Shown one piece after another: positions 31,171-45,235 of a stretch of 64,000 nt of DNA. Below the pieces are notes generated by a model. It was not told the DNA's origin and ran no database searches. It was given only the letters and a program-made list of their open reading frames with translations. Source of the DNA: the human T2T-CHM13v2.0 reference genome, Homo sapiens; assembly GCF_009914755.1 (NCBI RefSeq), contig NC_060932.1. One strand, written 5' to 3'. The position numbers were made by a program, and so were the translations under genes. Position 1 is the first letter of the stretch. Each line of letters opens with the position of its first letter.

Positions 31171-32545
31171 GCTTCAACGCACCCTCTAAAGTCAGTATTA
31201 CCCACACCAAATGTTAAATGTCATATTTCAACAATATAACAAAATTCTCAGACAAAATGTATCCAAACCTCAAAACCATGCTCTTTCCACACAAAGTACT
31301 ACCTCCTCTGTGGATACCCTTGATATACTTTATATTCTTTTTTTTTTTTTTTCCATTTCAGGGTTAATTATACTTGTTAGGCACATTTTTACTTTTTGTT
31401 AAACATAAAAATGTTTGTAAATAGATAAAAATTTAAATTTCAGAAAGCTACTCCTGCCTGGACGAGGCTATCTGAAGCACACATGGATCGTTGGCGGGTT
31501 CCAAAGGGCAGTATTTGGGGCAAATGGAATAAACTCTCTAAGCTAGTTCAGCCTGAGCTGGTGGTGTGGAGTAAGACTTTGGGAAATGTGAGGGACGTCC
31601 CCTACAGGGAGCAGGATAGACAGATGTAGGGAGCAGAGGGAGGACATCACAGCAGATCCAGAGGCTGATGTTGTCTTGTAATGAAATAAAACTGGAGACG
31701 GACTAGGGGCTTCAAATCAACGAAGAGGAGCCTGAGATGAAGACTCATGGTATGAAATTTGGGAGAAAACAGCAAAAGGCCAGTTGAGGACGCATTCCAC
31801 AACCACGTGCCCAGTGGCATGGAAGAGCAGATGTCTGAGGTCATGGCATTCTCCCTCTGCACCACCCCAAAGGCCTGCTGCCACAACTGATGCATTCTCT
31901 CTCCACCCCCGCAGACATCACCAGTACATTCCTGACAAAAAGCAATATATTTTTACTCTGCAGATGACAAATGTCTCCACTGCCATTTTCTCGCTGTTTT
32001 CACGCGTACAGAGACCCACAAGCCCGCCAAATGAGGACGGCTGGAAAGATTTTCCTCTGCAGATTAGAAATTAAGTCTTGGGTTTCTTTTGTAATAGGCA
32101 GGCACAGCCACATTACCATTGTATTTGGCTTTTGCGGGAGGTTAAAGTTATTGACAATGAACTGTTTAAACATGTGTGCAAGCTGCTTTATGGAGCGCCT
32201 TTAACGAGAAAGGATGGAGAGGGAGCCTGTGCGAAAGCCGCCCTTACAGATTAGGAGAATCAGAAAACCTACGTCACCCCATGGCATTCACTGCAAGTGA
32301 GGCCCAGCGCGATGGTAGGGAGAGAGTTTTCCATTTTAAAGTTAGTTAAGGAAGAAGAATCATGACTTTTTCGGCAAATCTGAATTTTTAGAGAGGTAAG
32401 CCTCCTCACTGGAAGGACCCAGGATGGATGATGTTTCTAAGAAGGGTTTCCCTGGGGCCTTCTCACTTCACGCCAGCCTCCCCATTCAAGCCAGGGCCTG
32501 CCTGAGCAATGCAGGACCTCAGAAGCAGAGAAGCCCCTCCATGCC

Positions 32546-32606
32546 ACAAACCCCATGCCCTCATTAGAGAAACGGACAAACCCCATGCCCTCGTTAGAGA
32601 CATGGG
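32546..32606. repeat. Two-copy 30 bp tandem duplication
   Basis: acaaaccccatgccctc(a/g)ttagaga occurs twice. Confidence 0.85.
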
Positions 32607-32979
32607 CAGCATCCCTTGCGCACGCTAGTCAAAGCTCCAAAATACTTTAAACATGGGGACCAAGACCAACAGACAACAAGGAGATGCTATCACCCAATGG
32701 GCTCCTTAAAGGATCCTCCTCCACTTCCCATGGAAATACTAAGACACCTGTCCTCCCACTGTCATCCGTGAAGTGCCATGTTTGTTTTAGGGGTGAAGAA
32801 ACTGAAGCCAGGAAAGGTCCTGCCACCTTACTGAGTGGTTGCTTACGGAGAGAATCTCAGATCTTCCGATGGGTCCAGGGGCTGCTGTGTCCTGAATGCT
32901 TCAGCCCTTGATACCTAGTGTACGGGAAAGGTCGGACCAAATAGAGAGCACCCTGCCCCGCCCATAACAGAATATATAA

Positions 32980-33502
<523 letters not shown>

Positions 33503-34479
33503 CAAACATGGTTTTTAAGAAAATTGGTTTAATGCAATTATCAGTGTGATGTCTGGGAATCTGAGATTGCCATGGACACACACAGACACATGCTCATATG
33601 CACACTCATACACACAGATATGTGAAAACACACACCACACTCACACACACTCATGTACGTTGCTGGAATGGGCATCTGCTTTATTTGCATTGAGGAACTG
33701 TCTTACACTGAAAAAGGCTGAAGAAAAGAAATTACAACAAAACATATATATTCCTAGATTTTACTGTAGCTTTGTACATAGTAGAGTTGTTACCACTGGA
33801 AATGTCCCAGCTACATAGCATTTGCACTTTACATTGGACACACAGATCTTTCTCTGCAAAAGAATGATGACTTAATTAACAAGGGTGATAAATTTACCAA
33901 AGTTTGTATTTGTGTCACCTCAAAATCTAGGTCTTGATGGATCCCTTTGAAGTTGTCTGCTCAATTAATAAGCAAAACTAGGCACACAAGATTCAGAATG
34001 CCATTGTGAAGCCATGTGCCCTACAAAAGTTCAAGCTCATTTGCAGCTTAGAATAGAGAAAGAAAATTGAAGGCGTATCTCTGCAAATTGGCAACACCCC
34101 TTCTAGAATTTAGGATATGTCCTTTAATACGAAGAAACTGGCAGTTGCAACGCTCCCCATCAACATGAAATTCAGTGAAACACAGGCTGTCTCAGGGCAG
34201 CAAGGCGACACCACCGAGGCATCCCAACCCTGTTAACCATTTGTGGAAACTGCTAGGCTGTTACCATCCACATGGCGAAGCGACCCTGCCGAGAGCATCC
34301 CTGACTCAAAGGCTGGGGGAGGCCTGGCCCAGAACACCTGCTGCTGATGCTTTAACCCGTCTGTTCGGTTGTGTTGTTCAGGGATGAAGACCCACAGGTT
34401 TTTTAATTATTGAATTCTGCATCTGACGGCGTTGATTCATAATGAAAAACAGCCAGCACGCCTTCAGTGCCTCCACCAA

Positions 34480-35800
34480 GCTCTCTGCTGCGTGCTGGAG
34501 GCGCTTTACCTGGTAAATCCTCAACATACCTCATGAGAGAGGTCACTTTACTCCCCCAGTCCTACAGAAAGCCCTCTGCTGCCTTCTGGAGGCGCTTTGC
34601 CTGATAAATTTTTGCAATAACTTATGAATGAGGTCACATTACTTTTCCACCCATAGAGGAAGCACTTAGCTGTATTCCAGAGATGCTGGTAAATCCTCCC
34701 AGTACCCCATGAGTTAGATCGCATTACTCCCCCAGACCTACAGCAAGCCCTCTGCTGCATTCTGGAGGCGCTTTGCCTGGTAGATCCTCCCAACACCCCA
34801 CGAGGTCGCATTACTCCCCCAGACCTACAGCAAGCCCTCTGCTGCCTTCTGGAGGCGCTTTGCCTGGTAGATCCTCCCAACACCCCACGAGGTCACATTA
34901 CTCCCCCAGACCTACAGAAAGCCCTCTGCTGCCTTCTGGAGGCGCTTTACCTGGTAGATCCTCCCAACACCCCACGAGGTCGCATTACTCCCCCAGACCT
35001 ACAGCAAGCCCTCTGCTGCCTTCTGGAGGCGCTTTGCCTGGTAGATCCTCCCAACACCCCACGAGGTCACACTGCTCCCCCAGACCTACAGCAAGCCCTC
35101 TGCTGCCTTCTGGAGGCGCTTTACCTGGTAGATCCTCCCAACACCCCACGAGGTCGCATTACTCCCCCAGACCTACAGCAAGCCCTCTGCTGCCTTCTGG
35201 AGGCGCTTTGCCTGGTAGATCCTCCCAACACCCCACGAGGTCACACTGCTCCCCCAGACCTACAGCAAGCCCTCTGCTGCCTTCTGGAGGCGCTTTGCCT
35301 GGTAGATCCTCCCAACACCCCACGAGGTCACATTACTCCCCCAGACCTACAGCAAGCCCTCTGCTGCCTTCTGGAGGCGCTTTGCCTGGTAGATCCTCCC
35401 AACACCCCACGAGGTCACATTGCTCCCCCAGACCTACAGAAAGCCCTCTGCTGCCTTCTGGAGGCGCTTTGCCTGGTAGATCCTCCCAACACCCCACGAG
35501 GTCACACTGCTCCCCCAGACCTACAGCAAGCCCTCTGCTGCCTTCTGGAGGCGCTTTGCCTGGTAGATCCTCCCAACACCCCACGAGGTCACATTACTCC
35601 CCCAGACCTACAGCAAGCCCTCTGCTGCCTTCTGGAGGCGCTTTACCTGGTAGATCCTCGTCACACCTTGTGAATGGGGTCACATTTCTCCCCCAGTCTT
35701 ACAGCAAGTGCTCTGTCGCATTTTGGAGGCTCTTTGCCTGGTAAATCCTCGCGAGAGCTCGTGAGTGAGGTCACGTGACTCCCCTAGTCCTACAGCAGGC
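34480..35800. repeat. 87 bp VNTR: ~11 near-identical central units plus ~4 degenerate flanking units
   Basis: Period 87 (cgaggtc at 34801, 34888, ...). Translates as a 29-aa repeat in the ORF track. Confidence 0.97.
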
Positions 35801-36336
35801 TAAATTGAGGCTTAAAGTCTCTTCCCCAAAGCAAAGAAATTAGGATTTAAATCAAAATTGAAGTTCCCAGAAGACATCTTCAAGAACCACGCAATCAGAG
35901 AAGGGTCCAAGAACCATGAAATAAACCCAGACACCTCTGAGATGATTGGTCGGGGATAGGTCACGGTCTCAAGGCATCAACTTTTGAAGAAGTTTTGCCA
36001 AGAGGAGAAAGGGGGGAAAATATCTCTTTAAAAAAAAAAGTCACTTAAAAAAATTTTTAAGACGAGGATACCTGAAAACAATAAGAGCAGAGGGAGCTAT
36101 TCATGATGAGAACATCTGAGGCTAATTATTCACTCAGGTCTACACCTGCAGGTGCCATCTAGTTTAATGCTATTTAAAGTGTCTCTTCTTTTAGTCAAGA
36201 TATGATGCAACTCAATGGATGCAGAAGGTTGTACCAGGCAAGCTCACTCTTCGTTTGAAGAAGTGGTGGCTGAGGTTAGAGTTCGTCTTTCCCCTGCAAT
36301 TAGAATTCTTCAAACACGTTACATAAAAAAGCAAAA

Positions 36337-36680
<344 letters not shown>

Positions 36681-37342
36681 TGAAGCAGAAACACGTGTTG
36701 TTTTTCTTACTAACTTAGACAAGATAAAGGAGCAGTGGATGGAAGCAGGAGCTCTGAGGCTGAAGAATAAAGGACAAGGTGTGGTGTGAACTAACTTGGG
36801 GGAGTCCTGTATAGTTCTGGAGTTTATTGATGAATCCTCCTATCCCGATTAAGAAAATACAACCGATAGACACTCTGATCCTGATGGCTACCACCAACTG
36901 TGGTAAAGCTACATCTTCAGCATCGACTGCCATCAGAACAAAACCCTGACGTGGTCTCAATGCCGAAGGCTACACATGCACGCGAGCTCAGAGGCCACCA
37001 CTCTACCTCAGAATCCACTGTGAGGCAAAACCAAAGGCGAGTTTCACTGGAATTTCTTCATTTGAGTTCATGTTTCAAGAAGTGGCCACCCCTCTATTTT
37101 CTGAAAAATGTGAGACACTTTTCTTTGTAAAATTGCATGTAAGTATGTTTCTGTGATGGCTATGATGACAATTTAAGGCAAGTAATGATATGCAAAATTA
37201 AGTGTATTTTATATTTAAGAATATTGCATCTGATTCTTAAAGTGGCTAGCACTATGGAAATATTAAGAAGAGAGCTTGGCTGAGGGCTCAATATTAAATA
37301 TCAGGGTTATCTGCAGGAGACAGGCAAAGGGAGAGAAGCTAT

Positions 37343-37515
37343 TCCAAATGTCCTCTTACCCAGAAGACTTCAAATGTCCTCCTACACAAAAGACTCCAAA
37401 TGGCCTCTTACCCAGAAGACTCCAAATGTCCTCCTACCCAGAAGACTCCAAATGTCCTCTTACCCAGAAGATTCCAAATGTCTTCCTACCTGGAAGACTC
37501 CAAGTATCCTCTTAC
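37343..37515. repeat. 26 bp minisatellite, ~6.5 copies
   Basis: tccaaatgtcctc(t/c)tacccagaagac; units alternate ctctta and ctccta. Confidence 0.93.
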
Positions 37516-38264
37516 TGAGACCGTTTTATTCTTTCTCAATTATCTCTGACCACTGCAAACTCTTCAAGGAGCTGATCAATACAAATGCCTTCAGAAGCTT
37601 CAGGGTGGAGTACACCACGACTTCACCACACATTTAAAAGGAAGCCATTGGGATAAGAATTCATCTACTTGAACTTTTTTATTCAGCCTAATTCTCAGAA
37701 ATTTATATTCACCATGAGATTTGTAAAATACTTATAAGCAGCATGCAGAATGTGTACAATTACACCCTATGTGTGGCTCTGATCAAGGGCGAGCGTGCAG
37801 GAGAGTGGCCATAGCAAAGTCTTAGAAAATCACAATCTCCACGTTTGCTCCTTATCCCCACCCCTAGGTACACTTCTTCTTTGAATCCTCTTTTCCTAAG
37901 GAAAGATGTTAAATTCCACAATTAAGTCATTCCCATTAAGCTGTAGAATCATTAAGTAGAGTTCAAGTTAATCTTTTGTCTCTATGTTGAGGCATAGAAC
38001 AGGGAACGTTTCATTCTTTGGGGACAATAATAATTATACGTTAAACATTTTTAAATAGGATATATTGTATTGACTCACAATGCATGATCAGATTTTTAAA
38101 AATTATTTCTCTCTGAGAGAAAAGAACTTTAAGCCTCCCAAGAGTTAATCAATTCATACACGTAAACTGCAGCGTGCTAATTCTCCATGGCGATCCCTCT
38201 GTCTTCCTGTGTCCCCCTCACTCTTTCTCACTCTGTCTCCCTCCCTCCACACCTCACCCCTAGA

Positions 38265-38437
38265 CTCTTGCTACCCAAGGCAGAGCATGCAGCAGCAGCA
38301 GTAGCATCACCTAGGAGCAGGTGAGTTGGAAATACAGATTCTCAAGCCCCACCCAAACTTGCTGAATCCGAGCACGCATTTGGCAAGGCCCGCAGAGGAT
38401 TTTCGTGGGCATTACTATTTAAGAAGCAGTGTTGTAG
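38265..38437. mobile_element. MER5A-type DNA transposon remnant
   Basis: agcatcacctaggagc...gaaatacagattctcaagccccaccc...ctgaatc. Confidence 0.7.
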
Positions 38438-39311
38438 ACTACATATTTTTCACCCTTTTGCTGGGTCCGGAGCTACCCACAATCTGCAAAATCAAAGGGG
38501 AGACGGCGGCGGACGTGCAGAGCCTCCGAGAGCCGGGTGAGGGCGCTGTCCCCGCGTCTGAGGCTTCCTGGAGCTGAAGCCAGTGGTTTCCACCCACGAG
38601 GTGCCACCGTTTCCGGCCCAGGAACGCTGAGACCTTCGCGCTCCCCTCGCGTCACAGCCAAGTGTAACTGTAAGAAGCAGTGAGTCCGGAAACGAACAGC
38701 CAGGCCTTGGAAGCCTCTCGCATGTGTGGGAACGTCCGCCTTTGCTACAGGCGTGATTTTTCATATGACTCAGTACAAGGGAGGGGACACGCGACATCCC
38801 TTAATCCTTCACTAAACCCAAAGTTAGGGTTCTTGCCTGTAGATTTCCACAGAATATAGCACCAAGAACGTTCTCTATGTCTGGATGGAGGACAATGTCA
38901 TCAGCGGGCCACTGGGACCACCTCAGCCCCAGGCAAGGCCCAAGCCTGCCTGCTCCAGCCGCCCGTGGTCCTCCGCAGCCAGGACCTGCTTTCTGGGCTG
39001 GCTTCACCCCCCACCACTTCCACAGCCCAGCGGTGCCCTCCAGGCTCCACCGTCACATCGCATGTGTGTTCCCTGCGCTGCTGAGGGACAGCTCACTGGG
39101 TCTTCCTGTTTCAAATTCTTGGGGACTCTGTACTTGAGGCTGGGGGTGCCAGCAGCTGAGGAGGGGAGGGCTTTCCGAAAGCCCGTCTGCCTGGAGGCTG
39201 TCTGCGTGTCACTTCTGTGTCCGTGTGCATCCTCACAAGGACATTCATTTTTAAGTTTTCACGTTAGCTTCGTGCTGCGAAACTTATTATTTTGAAGAGA
39301 AAATATCTTAG

Positions 39312-39905
<594 letters not shown>

Positions 39906-39958
39906 TACACATAGAGAGAGGAATCAGAAAAGTGTAAGCTTTAGAAACAGTATCTCCC

Positions 39959-40273
39959 AGCTGGGCGCCATGGCTCACACCTGTAATCCTAGCACTTTGG
40001 GAAGCTGAGGTGGGCAGATTACCCGAGGTCAGGAGTTCAAGACCAGCCTGGCCAACATGGTGAAACCCTGTCTCTACTAAAAATATAAAAGTCAGCAGGA
40101 CATGGTGGAGTGTGCCTGTCATCCCAGCTACCCGTGAGGCTGAGGCAGGAAAATCACTGGAACCTGGGAGGCAGAGGCTGCAATGCAGTGAGCCGAGATC
40201 ATGCCCCTGTTCTCCAGGCTGGGTGATAGAGCAAGACTCCGTCTCAAATAAATAAATAAATAAATAAAAATAA
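39959..40273 (+). mobile_element. AluS (Sx-like)
   Basis: (TAAA)n tail. TSD agaaa(c/t)agtatctccc at 39943-39958 and 40274-40289. Confidence 0.93.
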
Positions 40274-40345
40274 AGAAATAGTATCTCCCGTCTTTTGGTG
40301 TCTAAATGAAGGCTGCTTTTAGAAAGGGGTTGTAGTGTTTGTTCT

Positions 40346-40480
40346 GCTTGGTCCGCTTAGGGTTTTTTAACCCTGCCTTCTGCATTTCCAGTGGGACAGG
40401 AATGTTATAATGGGCTTGGTCCGCTTAGGGTTTTTTAACCCGGTCTTCTGCATTTCCAGTGGGACAGGAATGTTATAATG
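40346..40480. repeat. Two-copy 68 bp tandem duplication
   Basis: gcttggtccgcttagggttttttaaccc...gggacaggaatgttataatg at 40346 and 40414, nearly identical. Confidence 0.95.
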
Positions 40481-42193
40481 CTGAAAACCACCGGAGTTCA
40501 GTTTGTTTTACAGAGGAAAATAGAATGGGGAGGTTTCCCCAAAGTGTCCTTCTTTTCAAGATGATTGCTTGCCTATCATTTTATTCATATAATCTAAAAA
40601 GTTTTTAATCATGCCATTTCTTTCAGTGGGAAAATTAAGTTCCATAGATGTTTCTAGGATGTGGGCATAGAGTGATCCGGATGAGGAACTTTGTAAAGTC
40701 TGCATTTAATCTTCTGGTTATTTAATGGGACAGAGCCCCTGGCCCATGTGAGAGGAAAACACACAGGGGGCAGGTGCCACACGCTACGTCCCTGGTGTGG
40801 CACATGCGCCGTCCAAATGCCCCTGATAACAGGTGGGTCAGCCGTCAGCTAGCAGCTCCAGTGGAGCTTCTCGGACTTCCAGACATCGATGGGAACAACT
40901 CAGCCACTGCCTCCAATTCACATCTGTTTCTTTTGCTAAAATAAAAAATCCTGCTTTACTTGTGCTTTAATCCTCCCTCTGAAGTTCTGTGTCATCCATG
41001 AAGCCTTCTCTGTTACTCTGGTCAGAATTAATCGTGTCTCCTCTTCAAATCCCCCCAGTTTCTCATCCCTGTCAGGCACTCAACTTTCTGTCTGGCACCA
41101 TTGCTAGCTGTTTCTGTGCTCCTCTCCTCTTCAACATGGCAAGTGTCTCGAATGCCGTCTGTGTCTAATTTATCTTTGTCTTCACAAGAGGCACAGAAAT
41201 GCTGCACATCCCAAGAAATGGTGCTGACTGGAGCCGAGTTGGGTTGTGCCTAATTGAATCCAATGGATATGCCGGGCAGAGGCTGCAGGTTCTATAGGGT
41301 CTCTGGGCGTTTCGAGGAGTCCTGTAGAAGAGCTTCTAGGACCAGAGAGAACCCCAGGGCTAACGCTCTCCCAGCTGAGTTGTCTGAGGACTGGAAAGGT
41401 TATGTGAGCACAGAAGGAAGCCCTGGTCCTCGCCTTCATGGAAGACCTCCCAAGCCTGGGCAGAGCCTTGTGGGCACAGTCAGAGCAGCCCTGTGAACTA
41501 CTCGTGCATCTTGCAAACGAGGCTCCCTGGGAGAGGAGCCCTGCGCTGCAGGTTGCTGCCTTTGGCACCGTCTTGCACTCCAGAGCCTGGGCTCCTCCCT
41601 GCAGGCGGGGACAGAGGCCATGTCCCCTGCAGGGTTCACTGCAGCCTCTGGGTGTCTACTCCTGTGGAGGTCTGCCTTCGCCCCATCTGGGCTGTCAGGA
41701 TATGGAAGGCCACATGGAGGCCTCTCCATCACAGCACACCTGGACTTCCACGCAGGTTTGTCTCCCTGCTCTGGGCTCCTGGGTGCCGCTTTCCCGCAGA
41801 AGCCTGAACCTAACTGAAGGGCCATTGCAGTCATCCTCCTGCTCATTTCCAAGACATCGCAGGCCTCCACATTCCCTTTTGCCTCTTCTTTGTGCTCAGA
41901 CATTTCCATAGAATAGCCATGTTGCCTGACTTCCATTTTCCAGGCAAGATATGCCCTATAATGCAGCAGCCAGTACAGAGTATGTTTTTTATTTTAAAGG
42001 AAATAATTCTTCTCAGGGGTAACTGCTCAACAAAGTAATGGAAGACAGATTTGTCATCTCACACAGCACAACATGCAGTGATACATGGCACAGGCCTAGC
42101 TCCCGGCCCTCACTAATCCCATGTTGGTGCTCTTTGAATTCCTTTGTGTTGTGCACTTGCCCTAAGGAGGTTTTTAAACAATTTCTTTCTGAA

Positions 42194-42468
42194 GGCCAGG
42201 TACGGTGGCTCTGGCCTGTAATTCCAGTACTTTGGGAGGCTGAGGAGGGAGGACTGCTTGAGCCCAGGAGTTTGAGATCAGCCTGGGCAACTAAGCAAGA
42301 CCCTCTCCTTACAAAAAATTTATGGGCATGGTGGTGCACACCTGTAGTCTCAGCTACTCGGGAGGCTGAGGCGGGAGGATTGCTTGAGCCTGAGAGGTCA
42401 AGGTTGCAGTTAGCTATGATAGCACCGCTGCACTCCAGAGCAAGACCCTGTCTCAAGAAGAAAAAAGA
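42194..42468 (+). mobile_element. AluJ
   Basis: ggactgcttgagcccaggagtt. Small deletions in the linker and right arm. Confidence 0.9.
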
Positions 42469-43120
42469 ATTCTCTCTGGCTGAAATTTTCTTTCTCTCTG
42501 TACACCCCTTTTTAGACAAAATGTTTTCAATTTAAATATGCAATCTTCCAACTAGCCCTTGAATAACACATTATTAATAGCAAAGACACAGAGTACCTCG
42601 CTGGGAAACATGAATCATAAGATCAAAGTCACCAAATTCAGTACAGAGACTTGCTGGTCAGCAGGACAGGCCCACCAAATGGCAAATGCAAACACAGGAT
42701 GGGAGAGAAGGCACTGGCCCTGGCAACGCTGTGCGAGCAGAGTGTGGATGTGTCTCGTGGACATAAAGATACGTGTACAGGCAAGAGAAAACCTCATGGA
42801 AGAAATAGGTTCATCTTGAAGGTTAAAGCAGCTTCAGCTTCTCTCTCTCTCTGTCACTTCCTGGGCAGGAGGCCAGAGGATTTCTCCTAGGATAACAGTG
42901 GACTGTGGGTGGAGGCCTCTTTTCCCCTCCTGTGGGAGAGGAGTCAAGCCTCAGGTCAGCAGAAGGGAGATGTTTCTCCTGCGGGTTAGCTGCGCGCTCA
43001 AGCACCTAGTGTCCTGAGTTTCTTCAGGGGTTCCTGCTGCCAGCCTAACGTTCCTAAATAGAGCACTCTAGGTTTCTGGCATCAAGGCTATGTGATCAGG
43101 TGTGAGGCAGGTACAAGGTG

Positions 43121-43589
43121 CAGCTCATCAGTCTGGAACAGCTCCCCATTCTGGAACAGCTCCTCATCCTGGAATGGCTTCTCATTCTGAAACGATTCCC
43201 CATTCTGGAATGGCTTCCCACTCTGGAACAGCTCCCCATTCTGGAACAGCTTCCCACTCTGGAACAGCTCCTCATTCTGGAACAGCTTCTCATTCTGGAA
43301 AAGTTCCCCATGCTTGAACGGCTTCTCATTCTGGAACAGCTCCTCATTCTGTAACAGCTTCTCATTCTGGAATGGCTCCCCATTCTGGAAGGGCTCCCCA
43401 TTCTGGAATAGCTCCCCGTTCTGGAATGGTTCCTCATTCTGAAACAGCTCCTCATCCTGGAACAGCTCTTCATTCTGAAATGGCTACACACTCTGGAACA
43501 TCTCCTCATTCTGGAATGGCTCCCCATTCTGGAACAGCTCATTCTGTCTGAAATGGCTCCTCATTTTGGAACAGCTCCTCATCTGGAAC
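43121..43589. repeat. 18 bp minisatellite, ~25 copies
   Basis: Consensus ctggaacagctcctcatt; hexapeptide repeats (ILEQLL, SGTAPH, RMRSCS) in the ORF track. Confidence 0.96.
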
Positions 43590-43877
43590 GTCCAGTTGCT
43601 TTGCATTTTCTTCTGACCTCCACTCCATACTCTCAGAGGCCATTGATCACAGTAAAAGCTGCACATCCTAGGTGGCTAAACCATGGAAAGATCACAAAGG
43701 TCTATTAGCGCCCTGTAGCAAAATGGGCCACACTTCTCTCTGCAGTCAGAGTAGAATTCTAAAACCCCACCAAATACTTCACCTTGAAAATGCATGCAGG
43801 GGACTGAAAGTGCAGTGGCTGAGCCCGCACAACTGCCTGGAGGAGCTGAGGAAGAAAATCAAATTGAGACTTAAAGG

Positions 43878-43978
43878 ATGCTAAGATCTAGCGTAGCCAA
43901 TTTCAGGAGAGAATGCTAAGATCTATGGCAGCTGATTCCATGAGAGCATGCTAAGATCTAGGGTAGCCAATTCCATGA
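43878..43978. repeat. 35 bp tandem repeat, 3 copies
   Basis: atgctaagatcta at 43878, 43913 and 43948. Confidence 0.9.
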
Positions 43979-44282
43979 CTGCACCTTTTGGACAAGAGGA
44001 CATCTGATTTATTATGCCAAGAAAGGGCAATCAAGATGAGAGAGGTTTTGTAAGTCCAAAGCCAAAGAAAAAAAAAAAACTTAAGGGCTTTATTTTTGGA
44101 GATTTCTCCATTGCATTAAATTAAGCTCTCTATAGCCTGATAGAAAACTTACAATCAAATCCTCATAATAACAAAGGTGTCGATGCAGCTGGTTTGGAGA
44201 TAGGTGTGGCTGTACAAGGAACAGGGCAGCAAGGAGAAAACCCAAGGACATCTTGACTGACAGAGGGTCCAGGCGCACTCAC

Positions 44283-44466
44283 CCGCACGCTCTCTGGGCC
44301 TCACACTTCCTCGGACTCTGGTCCACACCGCAATGAAAGGTAGGTAGTGCCAGGTCGTGGGAAAGGTGCTTGCTAACATCAGGCGGGTATTCTTGGGACA
44401 GTTCCAGGACTCAGGACAGAGCACCAGTAGTGCCTTCTCGGCTCTTCTGTTCCTCAGTCTTCTCGT
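44283..44466 (-). other. Candidate internal exon (184 nt) with a MIR-like acceptor
   Basis: cttgttacacccatttctcAG| acceptor and CGG|GTGAGT donor. Open in frame 0. Confidence 0.33.
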
Positions 44467-45235
44467 CTGAGAAATGGGTGTAACAAGCCCTCTCTGCTCT
44501 TCCCTTGTAGGGTGTTTTGACTTGGGTTTAGACCAAATAAGGCAATTCCAGAGAAAGGGCTTTGAAATATCCGAAACTTTAAATCAATGTAATGTTTAAG
44601 CTGAGAAATTTTTGAATTGTATTCTTGAAGTCTCAGATGCAAAAGAGAAGCAAGAAGAATCCTAAAGTCCTTGAATTTTTCTTTTATTTGCAGGTTCTTG
44701 TATCGTGTGGTATAAAGCCCGAAATTCAGGTTGTGTTCACTGGGGCTTCTGGGCTAACAATTTGGACTAAATGAGAATCTGTAGGAACTCTTGTCAGAAG
44801 ATTCAATTTTCTTTTACTAAAATAAAGATCTATAATACTTGTTGCTTTTTTTAAAAAAAAGAGCACTAACACCTCTGAGCTTTGCCTCCTTGTGCGAGAG
44901 TAATGTATTAATAATTGAGGAAAGATGGCAAGAAGGTAAAAAGAGTACAGATAGAATTCCCGGTCCTAGCCCTGAAGGAGTTCACTGATTCTAATCTTTC
45001 CTGAAGTTACAACACTGTCCTAGACAGGCACACAAACACACAGAGCAAAGAAACGAATTTCCTTGTTGAAAACATGCCGACGCTTTCTGTGTTTACACTC
45101 ATGTTCACTCCAACATCCAGCTCCAGGCTGGAGACCACACGAAGGAGGCAGAAGCGGGAGGCAGAAGGCAGGTGAGCTTGTCTTGAGCACAGCCGTACTT
45201 AATCCAAACATAACCACCGTGTTCCAGTTTTACTT

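Noticed and set aside
34773-35744. 323-aa Pro/Ser-rich repeat protein
   Set aside because: Follows from an 87 bp (multiple of 3) stop-free VNTR. It starts at TTG, with no promoter or splice context.
34480-35800. CRISPR-like array
   Set aside because: Whole units are repeated with no unique spacers, there are no cas genes, and the context is eukaryotic. The same applies to the other arrays.
36715-36960. Hydrophobic 81-aa ORF resembling a membrane peptide
   Set aside because: No recognisable homology and no convincing splice or promoter signals; length is within chance.
43096-43542. RS-rich or leucine-repeat protein ORFs
   Set aside because: Translations of an 18 bp minisatellite on both strands.
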